Position numbers and translations under genes: made by a program. Shown here one piece after another: positions 19,779-28,804 of a DNA stretch of 64,000 nt (position 1 is its first letter; each line of letters starts with the position of its first letter). Source of the DNA: Patescibacteria group bacterium (GTDB lineage: Bacteria > Patescibacteriota > Patescibacteriia > JAQUQO01); contig JAQUQO010000001.1 in the NCBI GenBank assembly GCA_028716045.1, forward strand, positions 320,942 through 384,941. Direction: 5' to 3'. The notes beneath the pieces were generated by a model. It had not been told where the DNA came from, did no database searches, and saw only the letters and a program-made list of their open reading frames with translations.

Positions 19779-21629
19779 TTATTCTAAGATTGCTTTTATC
19801 CTGCGGATTCCGGCGCTGGAGGCCTCTTCTTTGATAATCTTAAAATGTCCAAGTTCACCGGTGTTACTGACGTGCGGACCGCCGCAAATTTCCCGACTAA
19901 AAGGGGGTTCCGAACAAACAGAGGAATTATCCCCCACAGTATAGACTTTCACCTTGTCTCCATATTTATATTCAAACAAACCAATGGCGCCCTCCTTCTT
20001 TGCTTCTTCAACTGTTTTAATATCACAATTAATCGGCAGTTTCTTTTTTATCTGTTCGTTAACTAAATTTTCCACTTCCATAATTTCCTGCGGAGTCATT
20101 TTTTGCGGATGGACAAAATCAAATCTCAAACGTTCCTCGGTGATATTACTGCCGCGCTGTTCCACGTGGTCGCCCAAAACTTGACGCAGGGCGGCATGTA
20201 AAAGATGTGTGGCGGTGTGAAGTTTTTTAACTTGCTCCGACGCATCTGCCAACCCGCCCTTAAATTGCCCGACGGAAGCCGTGCGGGAAAGTTCTTGGTG
20301 CTTTTTAAATTCTTCGTTAAATTCCGCTTCCTCAATCTTTAACCCCTTTTCTCTAGCTAATTCTTTTGTAAGTTCCAGGGGAAAACCGTAAGTAGAAAAA
20401 AGATTAAAAGCATCCTTGCCGGAAATTTTTTCTAATTTTTTGAATTCTTTCAATCCCTTTTCTAAGGTTTTAGCAAATTTCTCCTCTTCCTTTTGCAATT
20501 CATGCAAAATCCTTTTTTTATTTTTTTCTAATTCCGAATAGATGTCTTTCATTTGGTTTATTACCACCTCAGCGACTTTAGAAGTAAAAAATTCTTCAAT
20601 GCCAATCTGTTTACCATAACGCACAGTGCGTCGAATCAAACGACGTAATACATACCCTTGCCCAAGATTTGATGGTTCAATACCTCGTTCATCACTAAGA
20701 AGAAATGTCGCAGCACGAACGTGATCAGCGACGATACGAAACGATCTTACAATCTCTGTGGAATTATGAACACCATCATTTCCCCAAACTAAAGGTTGTG
20801 TTTTACTCTTTGATTTTACAATTGCATTATGATTATCGTAATCTACACCAGAAAGACGCCTTATTTCATTAAAGATCTCCTTAAATTCATCTATCTCGTA
20901 AACACTTTTTTTATCGTTCAAAATCGCCACGGTTCGTTCCAGCCCCATTCCCGTATCAATATTTTTCTGTTTTAATTCTTCATATTTACCGTCTGCAGTT
21001 TTATTGTACTGCATAAAAACATCGTTCCAAATTTCTACCCAATCATTTGGATTTTCTCCGGGATTGCCGTGCGGCTCGCCTTCTCCAACCCAATAAAACA
21101 TTTCCGTATCAGGACCGCACGGACCGGTTTTTCCCGCCGGCCCCCACCAATTGTCCTTTTTGCCCAATCTAGCTATCCGCTCTTCGGATAAGCCCAAACT
21201 TTTCCAAATATCATAGGCCTCTTTATCAAAAACCACATCTTCATCGCCAACAAACACGGAAACGGCGATTTTATCTTTATCCAACCCTAACCATTTCTTT
21301 GCGGTCAAAAATTCCCAAGACATTTCTATCGCTTCTTTTTTAAAATAGTCGCCGAGAGACCAATTGCCAAGCATCTCAAAAAAAGTCAGATGCCAATCAT
21401 CGCCTACTTCGTCAATATCGCCAGTGCGAACACATTTTTGAACATTAACCAATCGTTTACCGGCCGGATGTTCTTCACCAAGTAAAAACGGCACCAACGG
21501 GTGCATACCGGCAGTGGTAAAAAGCACTGTCGGGTCATTTTCCGGAATTAAAGAAGCCGAAGGGATAACTTTATGCCCCTTTTCTTCAAAAAATTTCAGA
21601 TATTTTTTGCGTAGTTCGTCGGTAGTCAT
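19779..21629 (-). CDS. alaS: alanine--tRNA ligase, short form without the C-Ala domain
   Basis: DPTVLFTTAGM, HLTFFEMLGNWS, GPCGP, DTGMGLER, HTATHLL and EICGGPHV; ends at GIRRIKA. Confidence 0.97.
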   Translation of the reverse strand: MTTDELRKKYLKFFEEKGHKVIPSASLIPENDPTVLFTTAGMHPLVPFLLGEEHPAGKRLVNVQKCVRTGDIDEVGDDWHLTFFEMLGNWSLGDYFKKEAIEMSWEFLTAKKWLGLDKDKIAVSVFVGDEDVVFDKEAYDIWKSLGLSEERIARLGKKDNWWGPAGKTGPCGPDTEMFYWVGEGEPHGNPGENPNDWVEIWNDVFMQYNKTADGKYEELKQKNIDTGMGLERTVAILNDKKSVYEIDEFKEIFNEIRRLSGVDYDNHNAIVKSKSKTQPLVWGNDGVHNSTEIVRSFRIVADHVRAATFLLSDERGIEPSNLGQGYVLRRLIRRTVRYGKQIGIEEFFTSKVAEVVINQMKDIYSELEKNKKRILHELQKEEEKFAKTLEKGLKEFKKLEKISGKDAFNLFSTYGFPLELTKELAREKGLKIEEAEFNEEFKKHQELSRTASVGQFKGGLADASEQVKKLHTATHLLHAALRQVLGDHVEQRGSNITEERLRFDFVHPQKMTPQEIMEVENLVNEQIKKKLPINCDIKTVEEAKKEGAIGLFEYKYGDKVKVYTVGDNSSVCSEPPFSREICGGPHVSNTGELGHFKIIKEEASSAGIRRIKAILE

Positions 21630-21749
21630 AATACTCAAATTGTACTATAAAAACCTATTTAAGGCAAGAAAAACTGCTGTTTTATAGTGATTTTTCCGAC
21701 TTTTTAGGTCGCCTATTGACAGATTTTTAAGGATATGCTAAAGTAACAC

Positions 21750-21949
21750 CACAAGATATTATTTTGTTCGTGCCTGTTGTGGTCCCCAGCGCTGTGGTCA
21801 TTTTATAAAGCACGCTATTATTTAATGGCCGTTATAAGTGCTGCATAACCTATTACAGGCTTTGTGGGGGAACCCTTGCCCGCTACCTAGGTATCCTTCG
21901 CTATCGTGCAATGCGGAGAGACAAACTAGAGCGGGCTTTTTATTTTTTT
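21750..21949 (+). ncRNA. candidate stand-alone structured ncRNA (about 195 nt)
   Basis: TTGACA (21716-21), 17 nt, TGc-TAAAGT; three hairpins ending in GCCCGCT...AGCGGGC plus a T tract; no downstream + strand gene. Confidence 0.55.
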
Positions 21950-22007
21950 AAAAAAACCAGAAGTAATTTCTCCTGGTTTTTTCTTGGTATTTTTCTGCTT
22001 ATTCCTC

Positions 22008-22172
22008 TTAATTCTTTACTCCGCGCTTAAACTCCTTGTACTTTTCTAACACTGCCTGGTCAAATCTTTTATCAGCTTCTTCGCATTGAGTTGCGAGCTT
22101 TTGACTTTGAGGAACTGGTAAAAAAGTACTTTTCAGGGGTTTCCTTAATTCTTCAAACTTCTTTTTATCCAT
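22008..22172 (-). CDS. 54-aa hypothetical protein (not in the ORF track)
   Basis: AAGGAAGGAGG SD; MDKKKFEELRKPLKSTFLPVPQSQKLATQCEEADKRFDQAVLEKYKEFKRGVKN*. Confidence 0.55.
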   Translation of the reverse strand: MDKKKFEELRKPLKSTFLPVPQSQKLATQCEEADKRFDQAVLEKYKEFKRGVKN

Positions 22173-22287
22173 AATTCTACCCTCCTTCCTTATGTATAGT
22201 ATACCATTTGTAAATTTATAAGCAAATTTTGTCCTTCTGAGTAAGACATGGCATTCACGAACGCCATGTTAAGAAAAAACCACCGTT

Positions 22288-22569
22288 TTACGGTGGTCTA
22301 TTGGCTCGGTATCTTTCTCTAATTCTTCTCCGCCTTTCTCTTAGATATTCCTCATATCTTATTCTAATTTCGTCAATAAACGGTTTTAGTAATAGTTTAA
22401 AGGGAAATACAAGTAGAAAAGCTAGGCCCGCAAAAACTCCAGGCAAGGGACTTTTAATGCCCAAGTACTGGCAACCTTTTGAAAGGGCTATCAACATAAA
22501 TACAATCGCGACGATCAAAACGGCGATTCTGTTATCAGCGGCAGTATTAGCCAATTGTAAATGTTCCAA
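22288..22569 (-). CDS. small two-TM hypothetical protein
   Basis: TTGACA, 17 nt, TATAAT (22632-22604); AGGAGG SD; TTG start; two hydrophobic segments and a basic tail. Confidence 0.65.
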   Translation of the reverse strand: MEHLQLANTAADNRIAVLIVAIVFMLIALSKGCQYLGIKSPLPGVFAGLAFLLVFPFKLLLKPFIDEIRIRYEEYLRERRRRIRERYRANRPP

Positions 22570-22646
22570 TTTTAAACCTCCTGTAAAATTAATAGTTCAA
22601 TTTATTATAACAAACGTTGACGGTTTTGTCAATGCCATTCATAAAA

Positions 22647-22678
22647 GGACCCCTCAATGATTTTTCATTGAGGGGTTT
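22647..22678. terminator. intrinsic terminator
   Basis: Perfect stem CCCCTCAATGA-TTTT-TCATTGAGGGG. Confidence 0.7.
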
Positions 22679-22776
22679 ACCCCATGCAGAGGCAACAAAG
22701 CCGATACGCTGTATTCTGGAGCTTGGCTATCGGTGAATTAAGTATAACATTACTACAAAGATAACCGTCGGTGATA

Positions 22777-22935
22777 TTATTTTTCCCTTTTTTCGATTTC
22801 TAACCAGTACCGCTTGCTACTCTTCTTATGAATTCCGGTTGTTTCTTTTTCTGCTCTGATCGCCTGTTTTCGAGCCCATTTTTCAACTTCTTCAGAAGTA
22901 CGAGTATGGCTTAGCTTTTCATTTCTTCGACTCAT
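22777..22935 (-). CDS. 52-aa basic hypothetical protein (not in the ORF track)
   Basis: AAGGAG SD; MSRRNEKLSHTRTSEEVEKWARKQAIRAEKETTGIHKKSSKRYWLEIEKKGK*. Confidence 0.55.
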   Translation of the reverse strand: MSRRNEKLSHTRTSEEVEKWARKQAIRAEKETTGIHKKSSKRYWLEIEKREK

Positions 22936-23023
22936 TGTTGCTCCTTCTCAGTCTTTTCATCCAATTTTGGGCAGGAAAAATGCCCGTTATCGGGTGGTTA
23001 ATAATTTATGAACGAACTCTTAT

Positions 23024-23230
23024 TTACGTACACCAATCTGGAAATCTCCCTTCATGGTTGTGAGCTTCATAGTAGCTAACTGCCTTGAGTACTGCCTCCC
23101 TTTCTTGTTTTGGCAGGGCGATAAGGCGGTCAAAAAGCTCGGTCCTTTCTTTTATCCCCCCTTTTGTAAATCTTAGTTTAGATTTACAGAAAAATTCCTT
23201 TAAGTCAACCCTTTTTTCATTTTTTATCAT
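23024..23230 (-). CDS. possible small hypothetical protein (start uncertain)
   Basis: Open frame downstream of a TTGACA/TATAAT promoter; the candidate ATG overlaps the -10 box. Confidence 0.3.
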   Translation of the reverse strand: MIKNEKRVDLKEFFCKSKLRFTKGGIKERTELFDRLIALPKQEREAVLKAVSYYEAHNHEGRFPDWCT

Positions 23231-23321
23231 TATAGCATATCCTTCATAATTTGTCAAGTATTTCAAGGAGTTAAGCCGCTTTTCTTTCATTTTTAGCCAA
23301 AAATCAGCTGATATTAAAAAT

Positions 23322-23363
23322 AAAAAAGCCCGCTGTTCTCGAACTGAGATTTCAACGGGCTTT
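23322..23363 (-). terminator. intrinsic terminator downstream of mnmA
   Basis: On the minus strand: AAAGCCCGTTG...CAGCGGGCTTTTTT. Confidence 0.65.
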
Positions 23364-23500
23364 ATTGTATTCAACTTAATCATTCTGCTGGACTGAATTT
23401 TCTTGAATTCCCAGCCCAGCCGCTATTTGCGGGGTGGGTATTTCATTTATTTTGGTCGCACAACCTCCTTTTTGCGACCTGTATGTGCAAGAGCCAGTAT

Positions 23501-24604
23501 TTATTGACTTTTTATCACTCCCCCGCCCAAACATTCGCCATTTTTATAAATCACCAGCGACTGGCCGGGAGTTAAAGCTCTTTGCGGACGAGCGAATATA
23601 ACTTTAAAATCTTTTTTATCTTTTTTTAAAATCGCTTTCTCTAATCTTTGCCTATGCCTTGCTCGAGTTAATACTGACAATGGAATTTTAGGCATCGCGC
23701 CACTTATCCAATGCATTTCCTTTATTCTTGCTTGGCGGCTAAAAAGCAAAGTGTCCTTGGGATTACTGGTCACAATCAACTTTTTTGATTTAAAATTTTT
23801 ACTTACCACAAAATATGGTCCACTGCCACCGATATTCAATCCCGCGCGCTGTCCGATGGTAAAATATTCTAAACCGTCGTGTTTGCCTAAAACCTTACCC
23901 TTAATGTCAACGATATCACCGCGAGTAAATTTTAAATACTTTTTCAAAAATTCCCGCATATTTACTTCACCGACAAAACAAATACCCACGCTGTCTTTTT
24001 TCTCCGCGGTAATAAACCCATAGCATCTTGCGATATTACGCACTTCCGGTTTGGTTAAATTCCCCAGCGGAAACAATGTCTTGCTTAAAATCTTTTGATT
24101 AAGAATGTGAATAAAATATGTTTGGTCTTTTTCTTTATCTTTGGGAATCATTAGGCGATACTGCAGCTCATTTACCATTTGCTGTTTGCCGACTTTAGCA
24201 TAATGACCGGTGGCAATTAAATCCGCTCCATCTTTTATCGCTTTTTTTAAAAATAATTTAAACTTCACTTCCTTATTGCACATTATATCCGGATTGGGCG
24301 TTCGGCCATGTTTATATTCCCGAATAAGATACTTCAAAACCTTTTTTCTATACTCCCTCTCAAAATCGTAGGTCTTAAACGGTATGCCAAGTTTGGCCGC
24401 CACGCGCATCGCGTCCTGCCTCTCCGCCACCCAATTACATTCTCCACCTAATTTTTTAGTGTTGGACCAATTTTTCATAAAAACGCCGGTGACGTCATAA
24501 CCTTGTTTTTTTAGCAATAACGCCGCCACCGAGGAATCCACCCCGCCAGATAAGCCGACGAAAACCTTTTTTCCTTTATTCGATTTGGATAATTTGGTAA
24601 CCAT
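23501..24604 (-). CDS. mnmA: tRNA-specific 2-thiouridylase MnmA
   Basis: GLSGGVDSSVAA, GRTPNPDIMCN, ATGHY, KDQTYF, DSVGICF, TIGQR and TPGQ. Confidence 0.97.
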   Translation of the reverse strand: MVTKLSKSNKGKKVFVGLSGGVDSSVAALLLKKQGYDVTGVFMKNWSNTKKLGGECNWVAERQDAMRVAAKLGIPFKTYDFEREYRKKVLKYLIREYKHGRTPNPDIMCNKEVKFKLFLKKAIKDGADLIATGHYAKVGKQQMVNELQYRLMIPKDKEKDQTYFIHILNQKILSKTLFPLGNLTKPEVRNIARCYGFITAEKKDSVGICFVGEVNMREFLKKYLKFTRGDIVDIKGKVLGKHDGLEYFTIGQRAGLNIGGSGPYFVVSKNFKSKKLIVTSNPKDTLLFSRQARIKEMHWISGAMPKIPLSVLTRARHRQRLEKAILKKDKKDFKVIFARPQRALTPGQSLVIYKNGECLGGGVIKSQ

Positions 24605-24836
24605 ATTTATCAACGTCCTCTTTGCTCCAAAAATTAACATCCTTAGTTCTTAAAACACAAGAAACTTTTTTCTTGATTTCTCTGCCGGTATATTCCCTTG
24701 TTTCCGGATTCCATTCACGAAGCAAAAGTTCGTCACCTTCATTAACCGTAAAATCGCCTAAACGAAGTTCAAATTTTTTACTGCCACTTACTACGTCTTC
24801 AAAATATCTCGGCCAAATCTTTTTTTCTATAACCAT
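24576..24836 (-). CDS. DUF3850 / ASCH-like protein
   Basis: KKIWPRYFEDVVSGSKKFELR..DFTVNEGDELLLREW..YTGREI. Confidence 0.8.
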   Translation of the reverse strand: MVIEKKIWPRYFEDVVSGSKKFELRLGDFTVNEGDELLLREWNPETREYTGREIKKKVSCVLRTKDVNFWSKEDVDKYGYQIIQIE

Positions 24837-24840
24837 AATT

Positions 24841-25158
24841 TTATATCAGCAAGATAGCCATCACCAAAATCAATACCAGCAAAAACATCCAAATCATGGT
24901 ATGGCCCAAATAAATAAATCCTTCCTTAACATCTTTTTTAAAAAATAAATACGCCGGAATGCCAAAAACCAGCACTCCGCACACAGAAACAGAAAAAACC
25001 AAGAGTCCTAATACCAAAACAATGTTAAGAATGGAATCGCCGGCAACATTTTTGCCCATCCAATTCATAAAAAAAGCCATTAACGCACAATATAAAAGGG
25101 TTACAATAGCCGAAAGTAACCCGCCCCACATGGGTTTTTGAACCAGTTTTGTGCACAT
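24841..25158 (-). CDS. three-TM hypothetical membrane protein
   Basis: Three hydrophobic helices; co-oriented with neighbours. Confidence 0.65.
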   Translation of the reverse strand: MCTKLVQKPMWGGLLSAIVTLLYCALMAFFMNWMGKNVAGDSILNIVLVLGLLVFSVSVCGVLVFGIPAYLFFKKDVKEGFIYLGHTMIWMFLLVLILVMAILLI

Positions 25159-25228
25159 AATTTTATTATTATTTATAATTTATCCCTCGCTTTTTTAAAA
25201 ACGAAGGGTAGAAATATCTTAAATAATC

Positions 25229-26854
25229 TTATTGTTCACGCCGGTGACGCAGAGAATTCAGCGAAATTTCCTCTGCGTTATCATCAACTTTTAATATCGG
25301 CTCCACTTTGTAGGTTTTTTGGGCCGGTAAGGGTTTTTTGTCTTCGCGTTCCAAAGACGCCAGTTGTTCCCTTAATAATTGAGTTTTATCCCGCCGACTT
25401 CTGGCTTTAGCTAAACATTCCCGGCAATAAACCGGACGCACGCCGTCGGGCTTGAAATTTACCATTATCTCCGCCCCACATTCGGCACATTTTGCTGGAT
25501 ATTGGACAATGTCTTTTTTCTCTATTCTTCCGCCCTCTCCTCCTTCGCCCTCCTTTTCTCTTCTGATATTTTCTTTCGCTTCTTCACTAATACTCCAACG
25601 CATAATTTTTTCTTCCACTACCGACCGCGGTTTGGTATAACGTTCTCTGGAAACTTTAATAATCTTTTCCCTATTCTCCTGGCGCTTGGCAATCGGCGGC
25701 AAGGTGGTGGCGGAAAAAGGCATGGTAGCCACGCCGTCAACCATCAGTTTTAGATAAACATCGTATTTTGTCAGGTTAACCAAATCCTGTTCGGTGAATT
25801 GTGGAGCGAACTCTTTTTCCAAGACCTCGGCATCGGCGGCGCCGACGCGAAAACAGACCAGCGTGCCGACGTTGCCAAAAACCGCGGCCTGAACCTTTTC
25901 ATCAAGCTGTTCAATATACTGATGACCGACTATTAAATTCAAATGATATTTGCGGGCTTCCGACAGAACATTGGCGAAAGATTCGGTGGAAAAATTCTGG
26001 AACTCGTCAATATAAAGATAAAAATCCGGCCGGTCCTCTTCCGGCATATCAATTCTTTCCATGGCCGCCAACTGAATTTTGGTAATCATCATCGCGCCGA
26101 GCAAAGAAGAATTATCCTCACCCATTCTGCCCTTGGAAACATTCAAAATTAAAATTTTCCGGTTATCCATAATATCGCGGATGTCAATGGTGGATTTCAC
26201 CTGGCCGACGACATTGCGAATCAAAGGGCTAGATAAAAACTGCCCGACCTTATTTTGAATCGGAGAAATAACTTCCTGTAAAACCCTTTCATTCCATTTG
26301 GAATACTCATCAACCCAAAAAGACCTGACCACGGGGTCGGTAATATTATTGATGACTTTTTTGCGGAAAGATTTGTCGGTTAAAATTCTCATTACGCCGA
26401 GCAAAGTGCTTCCCGGATAATCCAGCAATGCCAAAATGGCATTTCTCAAAATATACTCCAAGCGTGGTCCCCAGGAATCAGCCCAAATCTTTTTGAAAAT
26501 TCCGATAAGCCCCGAAGCGATTAAATGCTGTTGGGCCACGTCAACTTTCTCCAAAACATTAAAAGCAATCGGATATTCCATATCCGCCGGATTGAAATAA
26601 ATCACATCGTTTATCCTGGTGGGCGGAATAAAATCCAAAATTTTTTCGGCCATATCACCATGCGGGTCAACAACCGCCACGCCTTGGCCACTCATTATGT
26701 CCTGCACCACCATATTTTCAATTAAAGTCGTTTTGCCCATGCCGGTTTTACCAATTACATACATATGCCGTCGGCGGTCGTCGGTTCTTATGCCAAATCT
26801 GACCTTTTTATTGCGAAAATTAGTTGTGGCAAAAAAATTTATCTTTTCGGCCAT
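25229..26854 (-). CDS. VirD4/TraD-like P-loop ATPase with C-terminal CxxC-x17-CxxC domain
   Basis: HMYVIGKTGMGKT, DPHGD, YIDEFQNF and EARKY; C-terminal CAECG...RPVYCRECL. Confidence 0.88.
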   Translation of the reverse strand: MAEKINFFATTNFRNKKVRFGIRTDDRRRHMYVIGKTGMGKTTLIENMVVQDIMSGQGVAVVDPHGDMAEKILDFIPPTRINDVIYFNPADMEYPIAFNVLEKVDVAQQHLIASGLIGIFKKIWADSWGPRLEYILRNAILALLDYPGSTLLGVMRILTDKSFRKKVINNITDPVVRSFWVDEYSKWNERVLQEVISPIQNKVGQFLSSPLIRNVVGQVKSTIDIRDIMDNRKILILNVSKGRMGEDNSSLLGAMMITKIQLAAMERIDMPEEDRPDFYLYIDEFQNFSTESFANVLSEARKYHLNLIVGHQYIEQLDEKVQAAVFGNVGTLVCFRVGAADAEVLEKEFAPQFTEQDLVNLTKYDVYLKLMVDGVATMPFSATTLPPIAKRQENREKIIKVSRERYTKPRSVVEEKIMRWSISEEAKENIRREKEGEGGEGGRIEKKDIVQYPAKCAECGAEIMVNFKPDGVRPVYCRECLAKARSRRDKTQLLREQLASLEREDKKPLPAQKTYKVEPILKVDDNAEEISLNSLRHRREQ

Positions 26855-26855
26855 A

Positions 26856-28268
26856 TTATTCAATCTCTATTGGTAAATTATCCGGCGTTTCCCCGGCTGA
26901 CTCATCTCCCCCGCCTTTTTCTTTGAATAAATTTTCTTCTTCAAACGGCAAACCCGCCGGCGGTTCACCCTTCTTTGCTTCGGTCTTCTTTAAAAGCGGG
27001 GCCTTAACTCCCAACATCGGAAAATGATAAATAGAGGCCAGTTCTTCTATATTTAAAACGTAACCGGCGCTATAACCTCGCCAATTACTGCGCGCTTTAT
27101 AAGCGAACATTAATTTCTTCTTTCGTTCTTTTAACCTGTACTTCCTGAAAAATATCAAACCACCGGTACCAGTTTTTTTGTAATCCGGCTTTAGAGCATT
27201 CATATCAATCGTGTTAAATTGTTTGACGGCTCCGACCATTGGATGGGCGGCGCGGGATTTTTCAAAAACTTCATGACGAGCCACATAAATTCCGCGAATC
27301 TTAACCGTGAAACCGATTTTGGAAATCTTACGCTCCACCCCCTCAATTACTCCTCTTTGCCCCGGGGTGAGATAAAGCATTAGGGAAGCATCTTTCCTCT
27401 CTTCTCTTTTTGGAACTGGTGTTTCACCGCCAAAACCCAATGAGACAGCTGTCCCCATTCCTTCAATCGCTTTAAGAGGAAGGTCCATAAGTATATCCGT
27501 GGTTCCTTTTTTGGAACCAGTTTTTATGCCGGCCAATCTTCGCACTTCCTTTTCTCCCTTTTCCCTCCACTCCTTTTGTTCAATCGGCGTCACGATAATC
27601 TGAAACCAGGCCTGCTCACCTTTACCCAAACGACTAAAATTCTCCAGCATCGCCGCCATCGGGTCCTTAAATTTATAATCCTTAGAGGTGGCGTCTTCAA
27701 AAAAAGTATAGGTGCGCAAAGGATAGCACTCTTTGTTTACTAAAATAAATTCAGCCCCCCACAAGTCATAGTCATCGTTGGGAAATTTACTCGGCAAATC
27801 AGTGGTGTAATCGGGAACTTCCGCTATTTCCGCGTCCGGATATTGGGCGTAGATAGCGGCCTCCACTAAATCACGAAATTTGGTAACTGTTCTGACTAAA
27901 AATTGAATATACCCATTTATACTTACGATTTCCAAACTAAACCAATCCTGCGTCTTCCCTTCAACATACCTGTCATACCAATTTAAACTTCCGTGAGCCC
28001 CGGCTAAATGGCTAAAAATATTTTCCACCGCCTTGGGGCCCTGCTCATTCTCTTTGGGCACACTAATGGACAAAAGGACCCACTTTCTATTATTATCAAA
28101 TTTTGTCTGCAGATATTTTAACCACAGCACTTTGCTCATCCAAGCAAGAGCTATAACATAAATAATCCAACCCCCGTGTATAAAAATATAGCCCATTATA
28201 TACAATGGGTGATGACCTCCTAATTGGGCCAGAGAGTTGATTATTCCGGAGATATCCACGCTAAACAT
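26856..28268 (-). CDS. membrane-anchored hypothetical protein, probable partner of the VirD4-like ATPase
   Basis: N-terminal TM; FSLEIVS, IYAQYPDAEI, YPLRTY and LNIEELASIYHFP; directly upstream of the ATPase. Confidence 0.75.
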   Translation of the reverse strand: MFSVDISGIINSLAQLGGHHPLYIMGYIFIHGGWIIYVIALAWMSKVLWLKYLQTKFDNNRKWVLLSISVPKENEQGPKAVENIFSHLAGAHGSLNWYDRYVEGKTQDWFSLEIVSINGYIQFLVRTVTKFRDLVEAAIYAQYPDAEIAEVPDYTTDLPSKFPNDDYDLWGAEFILVNKECYPLRTYTFFEDATSKDYKFKDPMAAMLENFSRLGKGEQAWFQIIVTPIEQKEWREKGEKEVRRLAGIKTGSKKGTTDILMDLPLKAIEGMGTAVSLGFGGETPVPKREERKDASLMLYLTPGQRGVIEGVERKISKIGFTVKIRGIYVARHEVFEKSRAAHPMVGAVKQFNTIDMNALKPDYKKTGTGGLIFFRKYRLKERKKKLMFAYKARSNWRGYSAGYVLNIEELASIYHFPMLGVKAPLLKKTEAKKGEPPAGLPFEEENLFKEKGGGDESAGETPDNLPIEIE

Positions 28269-28418
28269 ATCTTTTTAGTATTATAGCACATTTTTACGCC
28301 TTAAACAACAAAAAACCGCGCTTTCTCAAAAGTATTACTTAAGCACGGTTTATTTTTTTAGCTACAATTTTAATTGTAGCACAAAACGGGGGTTTTGTCA
28401 AGAGAATAAGACTTTTTC

Positions 28419-28775
28419 TTAATGTTTTTTCATTCTTTCATCTACTATCTTTTCTATTTCTCCGTCAGAAAAAGAGAATCCGCTTTTACGAATCATCCGT
28501 TTAATGGCAGCCCTCAACATCTGTTCATCAAAATCCGAGCGTGATTCTACCCACTGTTGTATCTCTTTTAAAAGCTTCTTTTTCTTTTCTATTTTTTCCC
28601 TTTCCTCCGCCTCCCACTTTTTTAGCTCGGCCCTATACTCTTTTTTATCTTCATCGGAAAGGCCGGTATTATTATCAATCCATTTTTCCGAATCATCTAA
28701 TACCCTCCCCACGAGAATCTCATCAATGTCTTCCGGCAAAGATTTTCCCCACTCTTTAACTACCTTCAGGTCCAT
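28419..28775 (-). CDS. hypothetical protein, paralogue of 14322-14507
   Basis: AGGAGGAG SD; boxA-like GTTCTTAAACAATT upstream. Confidence 0.7.
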   Translation of the reverse strand: MDLKVVKEWGKSLPEDIDEILVGRVLDDSEKWIDNNTGLSDEDKKEYRAELKKWEAEEREKIEKKKKLLKEIQQWVESRSDFDEQMLRAAIKRMIRKSGFSFSDGEIEKIVDERMKKH

Positions 28776-28804
28776 TTTTCTCCTCCTAAATTTTATTTAA
28801 TTGT

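Noticed and set aside
20620-20880. Short insertion and apparent codon shift in alaS, possible intein or foreign patch
   Set aside because: Far too short for an intein and without splice motifs; the codon shift cannot be quantified by eye.
21640-21950. T-box leader for alaS
   Set aside because: No T-box consensus on the minus strand; promoter and U tract point the other way.
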